This document shows, piece by piece, positions 38,892 through 50,600 of a stretch of DNA of 64,000 nt. Each line of letters opens with the position of its first letter. The first letter of the stretch is position 1. Both the position numbers and the translations under genes were made by a program. Origin of the DNA: an uncultured Acidobacteriota bacterium (GTDB lineage: Bacteria > Acidobacteriota > Vicinamibacteria > Vicinamibacterales > SCN-69-37); the NCBI GenBank assembly GCA_963739035.1, contig CAVTYZ010000022.1, positions 57,334 to 121,333 of the forward strand, given 5' to 3'. The notes beneath the pieces were generated by a model. That model worked only from the letters and a program-made list of their open reading frames with translations. It was not told where the DNA came from and searched no databases.

Positions 38892-40166
38892 ATGGCGCTC
38901 ACGTCCGACGTCACGACGCTCGATCACCTGTCGGCGACCGATCCTGAAATCGCGGAGGCCATCCGCCACGAACTGAAACGACAGGACGAGGGGCTCGAGC
39001 TCATCGCGTCGGAGAACTTCGTGAGCATGGCGGTGCTCGAGGCCGCCGGCAGCGTGCTGACGAACAAGTACGCCGAGGGCTATCCCGGCAAGCGCTACTA
39101 CGGGGGCTGTGAGTTCGTGGACGTCGCCGAGTCGCTCGCGATCGAACGCGCGAAGCAGCTCTTCGGCGCCGAACACGTCAATGTCCAGGCGCATTCGGGC
39201 GCGCAGGCCAACATGTCGGTGTACGTCGCGATGCTCAAGCCGGGCGACACGATCCTCGGCATGAACCTCGCCCATGGCGGCCACCTCACGCACGGGCACC
39301 CGCTGAATTTCTCGGGCAAGTACTTCAACATCGTGCCGTACGGCGTGCGCGAGAGCGACGAGCGGCTCGACTACGACGAGTTGGACCGTCTCGCAAAGAC
39401 GCACCGCCCGAAGCTCATCGTCGTCGGCGCGAGCGCCTATCCGCGGCAGATTGACTTCGCACGCGTTCGCCGCACCGCGGACGAAACTGGCTCGCTCGTG
39501 ATGACCGACATGGCTCACATCGCGGGGCTGGTCGCCGCTGGTGAGCATCCCAGCCCGGTGCCGTACTCGGATTTCGTGACGACCACGACGCACAAGACCT
39601 TGCGCGGGCCGCGCGGCGGCATGGTGCTGTGCAAGAGCCAGTTCGCGAAGGACCTCGACCGCGCGCTGTTCCCAGGCGTGCAGGGCGGGCCGCTCATGCA
39701 CATCATCGCGGCCAAGGCCGTGTGCTTCAGAGAAGCCCTCACGCCCGCGTTCCGCGACTACCAGCATCAGATCGTCCTGAATGCGGCCCGGCTCGCCGCC
39801 CGGCTGTCCGAGGCCGGCTTCCGCCTCGTGAGCGGCGGCACCGACAACCATCTGATCCTCGCCGACGTCTTCTCACGCGGCCTGACAGGCAAGGCCGCCG
39901 AACACGCTCTCGGGCGCGCGGGCATCACGGTCAACAAGAACGCCATTCCCTTCGACAAGAACCCGCCGATGGTGGCGAGCGGCATCCGTGTCGGGACGCC
40001 GGCGGTCACGACCCGCGGCATGCGGGAGGCTGAGATGGATGCCGTCGCGGCTCTCATCGTTCGCGCGCTCCAGGCGCCGGACGATGAAGCGTCGCTCAAC
40101 GGCGTACGGGCCGACGTGGAAGCGCTGTGCCGGAAGTTCCCTCTCTATCCGGCCCTGGCTCGCTGA
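38892..40166 (+). CDS. glyA: Serine hydroxymethyltransferase
   Basis: [44 protein letters not shown]. Confidence 0.98.
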   Translation: MALTSDVTTLDHLSATDPEIAEAIRHELKRQDEGLELIASENFVSMAVLEAAGSVLTNKYAEGYPGKRYYGGCEFVDVAESLAIERAKQLFGAEHVNVQAHSGAQANMSVYVAMLKPGDTILGMNLAHGGHLTHGHPLNFSGKYFNIVPYGVRESDERLDYDELDRLAKTHRPKLIVVGASAYPRQIDFARVRRTADETGSLVMTDMAHIAGLVAAGEHPSPVPYSDFVTTTTHKTLRGPRGGMVLCKSQFAKDLDRALFPGVQGGPLMHIIAAKAVCFREALTPAFRDYQHQIVLNAARLAARLSEAGFRLVSGGTDNHLILADVFSRGLTGKAAEHALGRAGITVNKNAIPFDKNPPMVASGIRVGTPAVTTRGMREAEMDAVAALIVRALQAPDDEASLNGVRADVEALCRKFPLYPALAR

Positions 40167-42118
40167 CCGCGCGCGTCGATCGCATTTTCGACGCCAACGG
40201 GCCGCTCGTCGCGGCCGTCGATCAGTTCGAACCCCGTCACGGGCAGCGCGCGCTGGCTGCCGAAGTGGCGCGCACCTTCGACAGCGGCGGCACCCTCGTC
40301 GCGGAGGCGGGCACCGGCACCGGCAAGACCCTCGCCTACCTCGTCCCGGCGGCACTGGCGGGCCGACGCGTGCTCATTTCAACGGGAACCCGCCCGCTTC
40401 AGGATCAGATCTTCTACAAGGACATCCCGGCTCTTCGACGAGCGCTGGGGCATCAACGTGCGCGCCGCGTACATGAAGGGACGCACCAACTATCTCTGCC
40501 TCCACCGGCTGGACCGGCTGCGCGAGGCGGCCGCCGGGCTCCCGCCGGCTGATCGCGCCTGGCTCGAGCGCATCGCGGATTGGGTCAACGACACCCAAAC
40601 CGGCGATCGCGCGGAAATCGACGACCTGCCGGATGACCTGCCGCTCTGGTCCGACGTGTCCACGACGAGCGAGCAATGCCTCGGACGCGACTGTCCGGTG
40701 TTCTCCTCGTGCTTCGTCACGCGCATGCGTGAAGCGGCCGCCCAGGCGGACATCGTCGTCGTCAATCACCACCTGCTCTGCGCCGACGCGGCGGTGCGCC
40801 AGGGTGGCTTCGGCGAAGTCATCCCGGAGTGTGACCTGACGGTCATCGACGAGGCGCACCAGCTCGAGGACGTTGTCACGAACTACTTCGGCGTCTCGGT
40901 AACGCTGACACGCGTCGACGAATTCGCGCGTGACGGCTCGCGTGCCGCCGGCCTCCTGCCCCCGGAGGCGGCGACATTCGCCGTCGCTCTCGTGCGCGCG
41001 ATGACCGACGCGCAGCAGAGCGCGCGGCGTCTTTTCGACGTCGCCCGGCTCCAGCTGCTGACACGGCAGGACGGCTCAGGCGATCGCGGCATCATCACGC
41101 CCGGCATGGCGTCGCACCTGTACGAAGCCGGCCGCGGCCTGGACGAGGCGCTCGCGCGATTCGTGCACGCGGTCGCGAGCCCGCCAATCGGTTGCGAAGT
41201 ACCGCCGGACCTTGCGCTCGCGCGCACCCGCGCCGAAGCGTTGCGCCGGGACGCGTCGCTCGTGACGACGGCGGAGGACGAGCGCTACGTGTATTTCGTC
41301 GAGCAGCGCGGCCGGGGCGTTCAGTTGCGCGCGGCGCCTATCGATCCGTCGGGAATCATTCGCGACGCGGTCGTCGGGGACCGCTACGCGACGGTGCTGA
41401 CGTCGGCGACGCTTTCGGTCGAGGGTTCGTTTGACTACGCCCTGGGCCGGCTCGGACTACCCGATGCCGTCACGGTCTCGGTGCCGTCCGAGTTCGACTA
41501 CCGGACCCAGGCCCTGCTCTACCTGCCGGCCGACATGCCCGATCCGCGGTCACGCGGATTTCAACCGTGCGGCCGCGAGCCGAAATCGAGGCGCTGCTCG
41601 ACTGCTCGCAGGGGCGCGCATTCGTCCTGTTCACGTCGTACGCGGCGATGCGGGAAGTTCGTGAGGAGATCGACGGACGTGTGCCGTGGCCCCTGCTCGT
41701 CCAAGGCGAGGCGCCGCGGTCGGCGCTGCTTCGGGACTTCCGCGCCACGCCGAATGCGGTCCTGCTGGCGACGGCGAGTTTCTGGCAAGGCATCGACGTG
41801 GCAGGCGAGGCGCTGAGCTGCGTCATTGTCGACCGGCTGCCGTTTGCGTCTCCGGGCGATCCCATCGTGGCCGCAAGGATTGCCGCGGTCCAGGCGCGCG
41901 GCGGGCAGCCGTTTCACGACTACCAGGTGCCGCTGGCCACGTTGGCCCTGCTCCAGGGTCTCGGGCGGCTCATTCGGACGCGCGCGGATCGTGGGGTCCT
42001 TGCGGTGCTGGACCCGCGCCTGACGCGGATGCGCTACGGCCGTCGGTTTCTGGCCTCGATGCCGCCGTGTCCGATCACCGCGAACCGGGCCGACGTGGCG
42101 CGGTTCCTCGAGCGGTAA
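40127..42118 (+). CDS. ATP-dependent DNA helicase DinG/YoaA family (frameshifts; start uncertain)
   Basis: [21 protein letters not shown], Fe-S cysteines, [33 protein letters not shown]. Confidence 0.93.
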
Positions 42119-42232
42119 CGGCTCGAGATGTCAGCGACGACGTCACTGCTCGTCGTAATCTGGAGTACGGGCTGGTGCCGGCCCTGACATTGAGGCCGGT
42201 GTAAACTGTTTGCACTGGTGAGGAGGACGTTT

Positions 42233-43202
42233 ATGAATCTCGACCGCGCCGCCCGGGTGGCCGTGGCCGGACTGTTTGCTCTGACACTCGCGGCGCTGCC
42301 GGCCCTGGCGCACGCTCAGGTTGGCTCGTTGGCCGGAAAGGTCGTCGGAGCGGACGGAAAGCCCGTCCCCGATGCCGTCGTGACCCTGACCCAACCGGCC
42401 AACAGTCTGACCGCCACCGTGAAGACCAACAACAACGGTGAATGGGTTCGGGCGGGCCTCCAGGCCGGCAATCCCTGGAACATCCGGGCCAAGAAGGGTG
42501 ACCTCGAGGGCGGCATCAACAACGTGCGCGTGCAGTTCAACGGCGTCCTCGAACTGCCGCCGATCATGATTACGGCGGCTGTCGATCCGGCGACCAGAGC
42601 CCGAATGGAGGCCGAGAAGGCGGAAACGGCCGCCATCGCGAAGGCGACTGCGGAGGTGGAGGCGGCGATCAAGGCCGGTGACTTCGACCTCGCCATCGCC
42701 AAATACACCGAAGCGCTGGTCGCGCTCCCTGGATGCGCCGTGTGCTACGTCCGGATGGGCGACCTCCATATGAAGAAGGAACGTGTCGCCGAGGCTGAGA
42801 AGGCATATCTGGCGGCCATCAAGCTCGACGATCAGAACTCCGAGGCGTACAACGCGCTGACGAACATCTACAATGCGCAGCGGAAATTCGATGAGGCCGC
42901 GAAGATGTCCGCCAAGTTCAACGCGATCGCCGCGTCCTCCGGCGGCGGCGGCAACGCGGAGTCGCTGTTCAACCAGGGCGCGATCGCGTTCAACCAGAAC
43001 AAGATCGCCGAAGCCAAGCCCTTCCTCGAGAAGGCGATTGCTCTGAAGCCGGACCTGGCCGAAGCGCACTATCTGTACGGGATGGTGCTCGATCAACGAA
43101 GGCAAGGTCGCCGAGGCCAAGAAATCGCTGGCCGAGTACCTGAAACTTGCGCCGAGCGGGCCGAACGCGCCGACGGCGAAGGCCATCATCGACACACCGT
43201 AG
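42233..43202 (+). CDS. Secreted carboxypeptidase-regulatory-like domain plus TPR protein (frameshift near 43095)
   Basis: GAGGAGG SD, signal peptide, GKVVGADGKPVPDA..TNNNGEW, TPRs; corrected tail ...YLKLAPSGPNAPTAKAIIDTP*. Confidence 0.8.
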
Positions 43203-43204
43203 CG

Positions 43205-43922
43205 ATGTCGCCCCCTGAGGGCGTGGCCAGCATCGCCGAGCATCTCGAGGCCGTGCGCCGCCGCATCACCGCGGCGGCGCAACGCGCCGGCCGTTCCCCT
43301 TCCGACATCACCCTGATCGCCGTTTCGAAGACGGTCGCGCCTGACCGCGTGCGCGGGGCCGCCGCCGCGGGGCAGGTTTCCTTCGGCGAAAACCGCGTGC
43401 AGGAGGGGCTGTCGAAGATCGACGTCCTGTCCGACCTTCCGCTCGAGTGGCATCTCATCGGACACTTGCAGTCGAACAAGGCCAGGCGCGCCGCCGGATC
43501 CTTCGCATGGATTCAGTCGGTGGACAGCATCGAGCTCATCCAGCGGCTCGACCGCGGCGCCGCCGACGCGGGCCGCCGGCCGCGCATCCTGATTCAGGTC
43601 GACCTGGCTCACGAAACGACCAAGCACGGCGCGGATGAAGCCGCCGTGGTGGCCCTCGCGGCCGCCGCCGCCGAGGCCACGTCGCTCGAGCTTCGGGGCC
43701 TCATGATCGTTCCACCCAACCCGGACAGCGCCGGAGGAGTCGCGCTCTTGGTTCCGCCGCCTGCGGGAGCTGCGCGACCGGCTGGTCGCATCGGGCCTGC
43801 CGGCCGCCTCGATGGCCGAGCTGTCGATGGGGATGAGCCACGACTTCGAGGTCGCGATTGAAGAGGGCGCGACGATGGTCCGCGTGGGCAGCGCGATTTT
43901 CGGCGACAGGCCGGCGGTCTGA
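43205..43922 (+). CDS. yggS: PLP homeostasis protein, YggS family (frameshift near 43740)
   Basis: [57 protein letters not shown]. Confidence 0.93.
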
Positions 43923-44278
43923 TGGCCGCCGCGGATCCGTCCCGCGTGGAGATCCGCGTGGTGCCGCGCGCCTCGAGAAACGGGGTCGACGGTCTGCGCG
44001 ACGGCCGGGTCGTCGTCCGCGTGACGGCGCCCCCTGTCGATGGCGCCGCAACTGCCGCCGCGGTGTCGGTGCTGGCGGAGGCGCTCGACGTCGCGCCGAC
44101 GACGATTCGCGTGGTGGCCGGAGCAACCTCGCGGAACAAGGCCGTGACCGTCGGAGGACTCTGCAGAACCGACGTGCTCTCGAGGCTGGCTATCGGACCG
44201 GATCGAGCAGGCGGCTCCAGCGAATCCCACCAACCAGGTCCACGATCGACCGGCTCGCGTCGGCGGAGAAATAGATAA
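43922..44278 (+). CDS. DUF167/YggU family protein; 3' end uncertain, overlaps lepB end
   Basis: IRVVPRASR, VRVTAPPVDGAA, GATSRNK; follows yggS. Confidence 0.85.
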   Translation: MAAADPSRVEIRVVPRASRNGVDGLRDGRVVVRVTAPPVDGAATAAAVSVLAEALDVAPTTIRVVAGATSRNKAVTVGGLCRTDVLSRLAIGPDRAGGSSESHQPGPRSTGSRRRRNR

Positions 44279-44836
44279 ACAGAGCGCGGCCCTTCACGTA
44301 GGACGCCGGGAGAAAGCCCCAGTACCTGCTGTCCTGTGAATTGTCGCGGTTGTCGCCCATCATGAAGTACTGGCCCACGGGCACGGTGACCGGGCCATAT
44401 TCCTCGCGCAGATCCCCGGGCTTGGGCGGTGCGTTCTCGGATGGCGGCTCGAGGTACTGAACATACGGTTCGTCGAGCCGGTTGCCGTTGACGTACATCC
44501 GTTTCCGGCGAAGTTCCAGCCGGTCGCCAGGCAAGCCAACCACTCGTTTGATCAGATCGCGGTCCGGCTCTTCCGGCGACTTGAACACGATGACGTCACC
44601 GCGCCGGATGTCGCGGCGAGGCAGCACGGCCCGCTCCACGGCGGTGACCGTGGGCGCGAACGACATCTTGTTCACAATCAGGTGGTCGCCGATGAGCAGG
44701 TTCGGCTCCATCGATCCCGACGGGATCTTGAACGCCTGAAACACCCACGTCCGGACGAAGAGCGCCAGAATGACCGCGATGACGAGCGATTCGAAGTACT
44801 CGCGCGCGACGGACTTGCGCCCGGGGGCTTCGCCAT
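44190..44836 (-). CDS. lepB: Signal peptidase I (probable indel just after the start)
   Basis: IPSGSMEPNL, GDVIVF, LIKRVVGLPGD, MMGDNRDNSQDSRYWG; downstream of lepA. Confidence 0.95.
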
Positions 44837-44844
44837 TTCGACTT

Positions 44845-44878
44845 CCCTTCAACTTCTGGCTTCTCACTTCTCACTTCC
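44845..44878. repeat. Single-arm heptamer repeat between lepA and lepB
   Basis: aacttctggcttctcacttctcacttcc; its reverse complement shares 21 nt with 63124-63144. Confidence 0.7.
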
Positions 44879-44879
44879 G

Positions 44880-46685
44880 TCAGCTGTCTTGCCCCACCTT
44901 CAGCACGGCAAGGAACGCTTCCTGCGGGATCTCGACGCGCCCGACGCGTTTCATGCGCTTCTTGCCTTCCTTCTGCTTCTCGAGGAGCTTTCGCTTCGCG
45001 AGATGTCGCCACCGTAACACTTCGCGAGCACGTTCTTCCGAAGCGCGCTGACGGTTTCGCGTGCGACGATGCGGCTGCCGATGGCGGCCTGAATGGCGAC
45101 CTCGAACATCTGGCGCGGGATGAGCTCGCGCATCTTCGACGCCAGCGCGCGGCCGCGCGCGTAGGCGTTCTCCTCGTGGACGATCATCGACAGGGCATCG
45201 ACGGGTTCGCCGTTCACGAGGATGTCGAGCTTGACCAGCGGCGATTCCCAGTAGCCGGTGACGTGATAGTCGAGCGAGGCATAGCCCCGCGAGATGGTCT
45301 TCAGCCGGTCGTAGAAGTCCAGCACGACCTCGTTGAAGGGCATTTCGTAGGTGACGAGCACACGGTTCTGCGAGACGTACTCGAGACCCTTCTGGATGCC
45401 GCGCTTCTCCTGGCAGAGCTCGAGGATGCCGCCCACATGTTCGTTCGGCGTGAGCATCATCGCGGTGATCACGGGCTCCTCGAACTCCGCGATTCGGCCC
45501 GGCTCAGGCAGCTTCGCGGGGCTGTCGATCTCGTGGACGGCCCCGTCGGTCGTGGTCACGCGGTACAGCACGCCCGGCGCGGTCGTGATCAGGTCCTGGT
45601 CGAACTCACGCTCGAGGCGCTCCTGAACGATTTCCATGTGGAGCAGGCCGAGGAACCCGCACCGGAAGCCGAAGCCCAGCGCCACCGACGTCTCTGGCTC
45701 GAAGAAGAACGAGGCGTCGTTCAGCCGGAGTTTCTCGAGCGCCTCCCGGAGCTCCGCGTACTTCGATCCCTCGACCGGATAGAGCCCGGCGAAGACCATC
45801 GGCTTCAGCTCTTTGAAACCCGGAAACGGCGCGTCGGTGGGACGACCGACTTCGGTAATCGTGTCGCCGATTTTGGCGTCGGCGACGTTCTTGATGTTCG
45901 CGACCATGAAGCCGGCTTCACCGACACCCAGCTCGGTCACGGGCACGGGTTTCGGCGAGAACACACCCAGTTGTTCGACCTGAAACTCCTGGCCCGTGAT
46001 CATCAGGCGAATCTTCTGGCCGGGCCGCAGCACGCCGTCGATGATGCGGGTCAGAATGACCACGCCGCGGTACGGGTCGTACCAGGAGTCGAAAATGAGC
46101 GCCTTGAGCGGCGCGTCGGGGTCGCCAGTCGGCGGCGGCAGACGCTGAACGATCGCTTCGAGGATCTCCGCCACGCCGCGCCCTTCCTTGGCGCTCGCCA
46201 GGATGGCTCCGGACGCATCCAGGCCGATGATCTCCTCGATCTGGCGCCGCGCTTCTTCCGGCTGCGCGCCGGGCAGGTCGATCTTGTTGATGACCGGGAT
46301 AATCTCGAGGTTGTTCTCGACCGCGAGGTAGGCGTTGGCCAGCGTCTGGGCTTCGACACCTTGCGACGCGTCCACGAGGAGCAGCGCGCCTTCGCAGGCC
46401 GCGAGCGAACGCGTCACTTCGTACGAGAAGTCCACGTGGCCCGGCGTATCGATCAAGTTCAGGATGTAGTCCTGCCCGTCGTTCGCCCGGTAGGTCAGGC
46501 GAACCGCGTGCGCCTTGATGGTGATGCCGCGCTCGCGCTCGAGGTCCATGCTGTCGAGGACCTGCGCCTCCATCTCACGGGCCTGCAAGCGCGCCCGTCA
46601 GCTCGAGGAAGCGGTCGGCCAGCGTCGACTTGCCGTGGTCGATGTGGGCGATGACGGAGAAGTTCCTGATGTAGCGTTGATCCAT
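44880..46685 (-). CDS. lepA: Elongation factor 4 (frameshifts near 46595 and 44995)
   Basis: [51 protein letters not shown]. Confidence 0.97.
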
Positions 46686-46720
46686 GACGTGCGCAGCCTT
46701 CTATTATGGCGCACGCCGGG

Positions 46721-47271
46721 CTAGTCTCGCCGGGCCAAGGCGGTGCGTCGTGATGTTGCCTTCGACCACCGCGCCGGCAAAGGCGACGAGCACGTGCCGG
46801 TCCGCGACCGATGAGGGTCAGTGTCCATGCGGCGCTCGAGCCGGGCTCACGAGCGACTGCGATGAAGGCCCGGTCAAAACTGTAAATCTCGATTTTTTCA
46901 GCCCGGTGAATCCGTCGGCAGAGAGCTGTCGCAGCCACTGGGCCGTGTCCTTGTGCGTGTACACCACGACCGGTCCGCGGCCTTGCTGGCCCGATGCAGA
47001 CGCCCGCCGTCCGGCGATCCGATCTCGGCCCACACCCGCACGGCGCCGGTGAGATCACGAACGGCGAACGTCGGCTCGTCTGGATCCGACAGACCGGTCG
47101 AGAACTCGATGCCATCGTCGTATCCAGGCAATACGCGAGCACGCGAGCGACCAGGTACTCCTCACTCTCCGATGGATGACGAGCGACACGAAGGGCGAGC
47201 GACTCGTAGCGGCCGCGGTCGGTGTCGGCCAGGTCGATGTCGAACGTATAGACGGTCGCGGTCAGCGCCAC
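46721..47271 (-). CDS. yaeQ: YaeQ family protein (heavily frameshifted)
   Basis: ALTATVYTFDIDLADTDR..YESLALRVARHPSES.EYLVARVLAYC, GLSDPDEP, DLTG..W.EIG.PD. Confidence 0.85.
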
Positions 47272-47290
47272 GGGAGTTGGGTGGCGGAAT

Positions 47291-48808
47291 CTATCGCAGC
47301 CGCGCCGCCTCTCGCCGGACCTCGTCTTCGGTGAACGCGGCAAAGACGAAGGGCTGGGCCTCGAGAAAGGCCGTCAAATCCTTGAGAGAGAGACCGAGCG
47401 CGGCAAGGCGTTCCTCGTCCACGAAAATCTGGGAGTTCTCCGGCTCGTAGTATGGAACCAGTTGGGCGCCCGGATCGAACTTCGCGTGGAGTGACGCGAT
47501 GATGTCAGGAGCGAAGTAGCGGCCCCCGGTGGCCGGCGGGTTCGTCGGCATACCGTGGTCGCCGGTGATGGCGACGAGGTAGTCCTTCCCGACGCGCGCC
47601 TCGATCGCCTGAAGAATCCGCGCGAGGTTGCGATCGAGCTCACCGAGCGTGGCCGCGAGTTCCGGCGAATCCGGACCGTGCTTGTGACCGACGTAGTCTG
47701 CCGTCTTGTAGTTCAAGAGCAGCAGGTCCGGAACGGCGTCATCTCCGACGCCCTGTGTTTCGATCAGACGTACGAAGGTGTCCGCCTCGAAACGCGAGAA
47801 GAGCGCCGAACGGCGGATCTCCGAGACGGTGTCGACCTTGTGGCCCATCCACAGGCCGTCGGCCGGAAAGATCTGGCGCGAATCGAAGCTGTCCAGCTGA
47901 CGCGGCATCGTGAAGCAGTCCGGATCGGTTTTCCAGACTCCGGCGGTCTCGTCGTAGGCCGCATGCACGACCGGAAATCCGGCGGTCTGACAGGCTCCGT
48001 GACCTGCGAGCGAGACGCTCGCCGGCAAACTGCTGCCTTGGGCGATGACACGGCCGCCGCGGCCCGCGTGCATCTGCCACACGTCCGACAGCGTCAGGGC
48101 CACAAGGTCGCGCGGATTCCAGTCGTCGAGCGTGTCGTGTCGCTGGCGTGTCACCCGATCAAAGAAGTTGTTGCCCGTGATGCCGTGCACCCGCGGCTCC
48201 GCGCCCGTGGCGATGGTCGCGTGACCCGCGCCTGTGTTCGTCGGCAGAAAGTTCACCTCGGCGTTGCCGAACCACGCGCCGGCCTTTCGAAGGCCCGTCA
48301 GCGTCGGCATGACGGGCGCATGGCGGTCGAAGTAGTCCGGCCGCATCCCGTCGAGCACCAGCAGGAAGACCGCACGCGGTTTCGGCGTCGCGGGCCTGAT
48401 GCCTGGCAGGACCTTGCCGGTCGCCGTGCGCGGCATCGCAACACCCAGTGCGGAGGCGATCGTCACCGCGACGTCCTGCTGCACGGCAGGTATGGCGTAG
48501 GTCCCCGGGGTGACGCCGACACCCGAAAACAGCATCGGGATCCGACGGTCGTACGCCCAGGGCGACCCGTGCATGTACGGCACGCTCGTCTCGGGACGCG
48601 TGAGGATCGTCCCCTCCCGCGGAACGATCAGAACCTGACCGGTGCGACCTGGAAAGTACCCGCGCGCAAACATCGTGAGGAACTGCGCGCGCTGGGCGGT
48701 CCGCGTTGGCCGCGGGGCCTGCGGCGCCGTGGACTGGCGCGCGAGACCGGCCGCGGTCGTGAGGCCGATGAGAATCGCAGTTGTGCCGAGGCGCCTGAGA
48801 GGGGTCAT
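47291..48808 (-). CDS. Alkaline phosphatase superfamily (PafA/NPP-type) protein with permuted motif order
   Basis: Intact 505-aa ORF with signal peptide; motifs LVLDGMR, TNTGAGHAT, DYVGH, TGDHG, with HGSPWAYD placed N-terminally. Confidence 0.88.
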   Translation of the reverse strand: MTPLRRLGTTAILIGLTTAAGLARQSTAPQAPRPTRTAQRAQFLTMFARGYFPGRTGQVLIVPREGTILTRPETSVPYMHGSPWAYDRRIPMLFSGVGVTPGTYAIPAVQQDVAVTIASALGVAMPRTATGKVLPGIRPATPKPRAVFLLVLDGMRPDYFDRHAPVMPTLTGLRKAGAWFGNAEVNFLPTNTGAGHATIATGAEPRVHGITGNNFFDRVTRQRHDTLDDWNPRDLVALTLSDVWQMHAGRGGRVIAQGSSLPASVSLAGHGACQTAGFPVVHAAYDETAGVWKTDPDCFTMPRQLDSFDSRQIFPADGLWMGHKVDTVSEIRRSALFSRFEADTFVRLIETQGVGDDAVPDLLLLNYKTADYVGHKHGPDSPELAATLGELDRNLARILQAIEARVGKDYLVAITGDHGMPTNPPATGGRYFAPDIIASLHAKFDPGAQLVPYYEPENSQIFVDEERLAALGLSLKDLTAFLEAQPFVFAAFTEDEVRREAARLR

Positions 48809-48868
48809 CGCTGCAAGGATACGTCACGCATCCGCCGGGCTCACACGAACTCGAAGAATGTCGAACGG

Positions 48869-49830
48869 TCAGCGCTTGAGACGTCTGCGCGCCACCGAGG
48901 CGGTGCGTGCCCAAGGCCGGGCCGGCTCCCGCGCCGGCGATGCAAACGGCGGGTGGTCTACCACCAGCTGGACGAAGTCCCTGACGTACGGCACGCGCGC
49001 CACGTCTTTCAGTGCGGCAGCGCTCCAGGTGCGCTTGTAGCCATGGCGCGTAAACGGCAGGGCGCGCACCGCGCCGGCCCGTACCGCCGGGTCGACAGCC
49101 CATCTCGCAAGGGCGGCGACGCCCAGACCCGCCTTCACGAGCTCGATCAACGCTTCGGTCAGTTGCACCTGCTGCACGACGGGAGTCACGCCGGCAGCCA
49201 CCAGATACCTCTGGTAGAACGTGCTGTCTTCCTTGGGCGAATACGTCAACACCGTCTCGTCGGCGAGGTCCTCTGGTCGCACGAACCCTCTCGCGGCCAG
49301 CCGATGCCGCGGGTTGACGATCACGAGGACCTCATCGTCGAACAGCCGGGTCGTCTGAATCCGTCGATCCCGGACCGGGTCGCTCACGATGGCGAGGTCG
49401 AGTCGTCCTTCGAGCAGGTGCGCGATCGGGTCGGCGGTGGCGGCCGCATCGATGCGAATGTCGATCTCCGGATGCGCGGCCCGGTAGCGCTTGAGCAGCG
49501 CGGGCAGCCAGTGGTAGCAGGTGTAGCACTCCGTCGTGAGCCGAAGCAGGCCGCGCTTGGCGCCCGCAGAGGTGGCGAACCGCGTCTTCCGTCCGCTCGA
49601 TCGTCGGCAAGGACCTCGTTGGCGGATCGCAAGACGCGCTCGCCGGCCGGCGTCAGCACCATGCGCTTTCCGACGCGCAGGAACAGCGGCGCGCCCAGGC
49701 GCGACTCGATGTCGCGCAGCTGGTGGCTGAGCGCCGACTGCGTGAGGTGGAGCGCGGCACCGGCCCGCGTCAGGCTGCCGGCGGCGCTGACTTCACGCAC
49801 GAGCCTCAGGTGCCGAACCTCGAGGTCCAT
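48869..49830 (-). CDS. LysR-family regulator, MetR-like (frameshifts near 49590 and 49385)
   Basis: LEVRHL, HLTQSALSHQLRDIE..LG.PLF.R; TECYTCYHWLP in the alternate frame; LVKAGLGVA. Confidence 0.9.
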
Positions 49831-49845
49831 GCGTCCAACCGTAGC

Positions 49846-49860
49846 ATGAACATCGTTCAT
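49846..49860. promoter_or_regulatory. LysR operator palindrome
   Basis: ATGAAC-ATC-GTTCAT (T-N11-A; TGAA-N5-TTCA) between divergent starts. Confidence 0.7.
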
Positions 49861-49918
49861 CGTATTGATGAAAACATAGAGATTTGTTCATGACGCATGC
49901 GACCATAGCATCGGCGAC

Positions 49919-50600
49919 ATGACGTGGTCCGGCAGCGTGGCGATGCTGGGGCTGGTGATGGCCCTCGCGTATGCCCCGACGAGCTCGATGGCGTTCGCGA
50001 TCGACATCACGGCGCTCATGCCGATGTCCGACGTCGCAGCTCCGAGCGATGGTCAGCGAAACCGCGGCGCTCTGGAAGCCGCACGGTGTCGTCTTCAGGT
50101 GGAGTGCCGTGGCACGTCGGGATCCACTCCGCACGGTGAGGTGAGGGTCGTCAGCGATGGCTGTGTCGGCCGATCTGCCTTCCGGCAGGCACCAACGCAG
50201 GCGTGTCGCGGCCTGCAGCGCCGCTCGGCGCTGTCGTCTTTGTCGAGGAAGCACCACCCCGGAGAACACGCTGATGCTCTCGGTGGACGCAGTGGTTCAG
50301 ACCGTGGAAAGCGTCAAATGGCAGAATCGAGCCCTCGCCGACCTGCCGGGCAATTCCGCGGTCACCTCATCGGGCGTGCCTTGGGCCGTGTGCTCGCCCA
50401 TGAAATCGGGCACTATTTGCTCGCCTCGCGCTTCCACGCTCCGGACGGGCTGATGCGGCCCGAGTTTCGTGCCGATCAGCTCATCGCGCTGAGTCGGCGT
50501 CAATTCAGATTATTGGAGGGGCAGTTGCCGTGGTTACGCCTTCGGTTGGCACACCTGGCTGATGGGCCGCGCGAGATCGCCTGGGGAACCTCATTGATAC
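49919..50600 (+). CDS. Hypothetical secreted protein with HExxH zincin-like motif (frameshifted, end uncertain)
   Basis: Signal-like N-terminus; GRALGRVLAHEIGHYLLASRFHAPDGLMR. Confidence 0.6.

Noticed and set aside
42218-43861. Apparent TPR-YggS fusion (547-aa ORF)
   Set aside because: The natural TPR tail ends at TAG 43202 in another frame and yggS has its own ATG at 43205; frameshift artefact.
47555-49849. Long antisense ORFs (764 aa here, also 61177..63402, 42143..44233, 45176..46654 and others)
   Set aside because: Shadow frames of real genes in GC-rich DNA, with no recognisable motifs.
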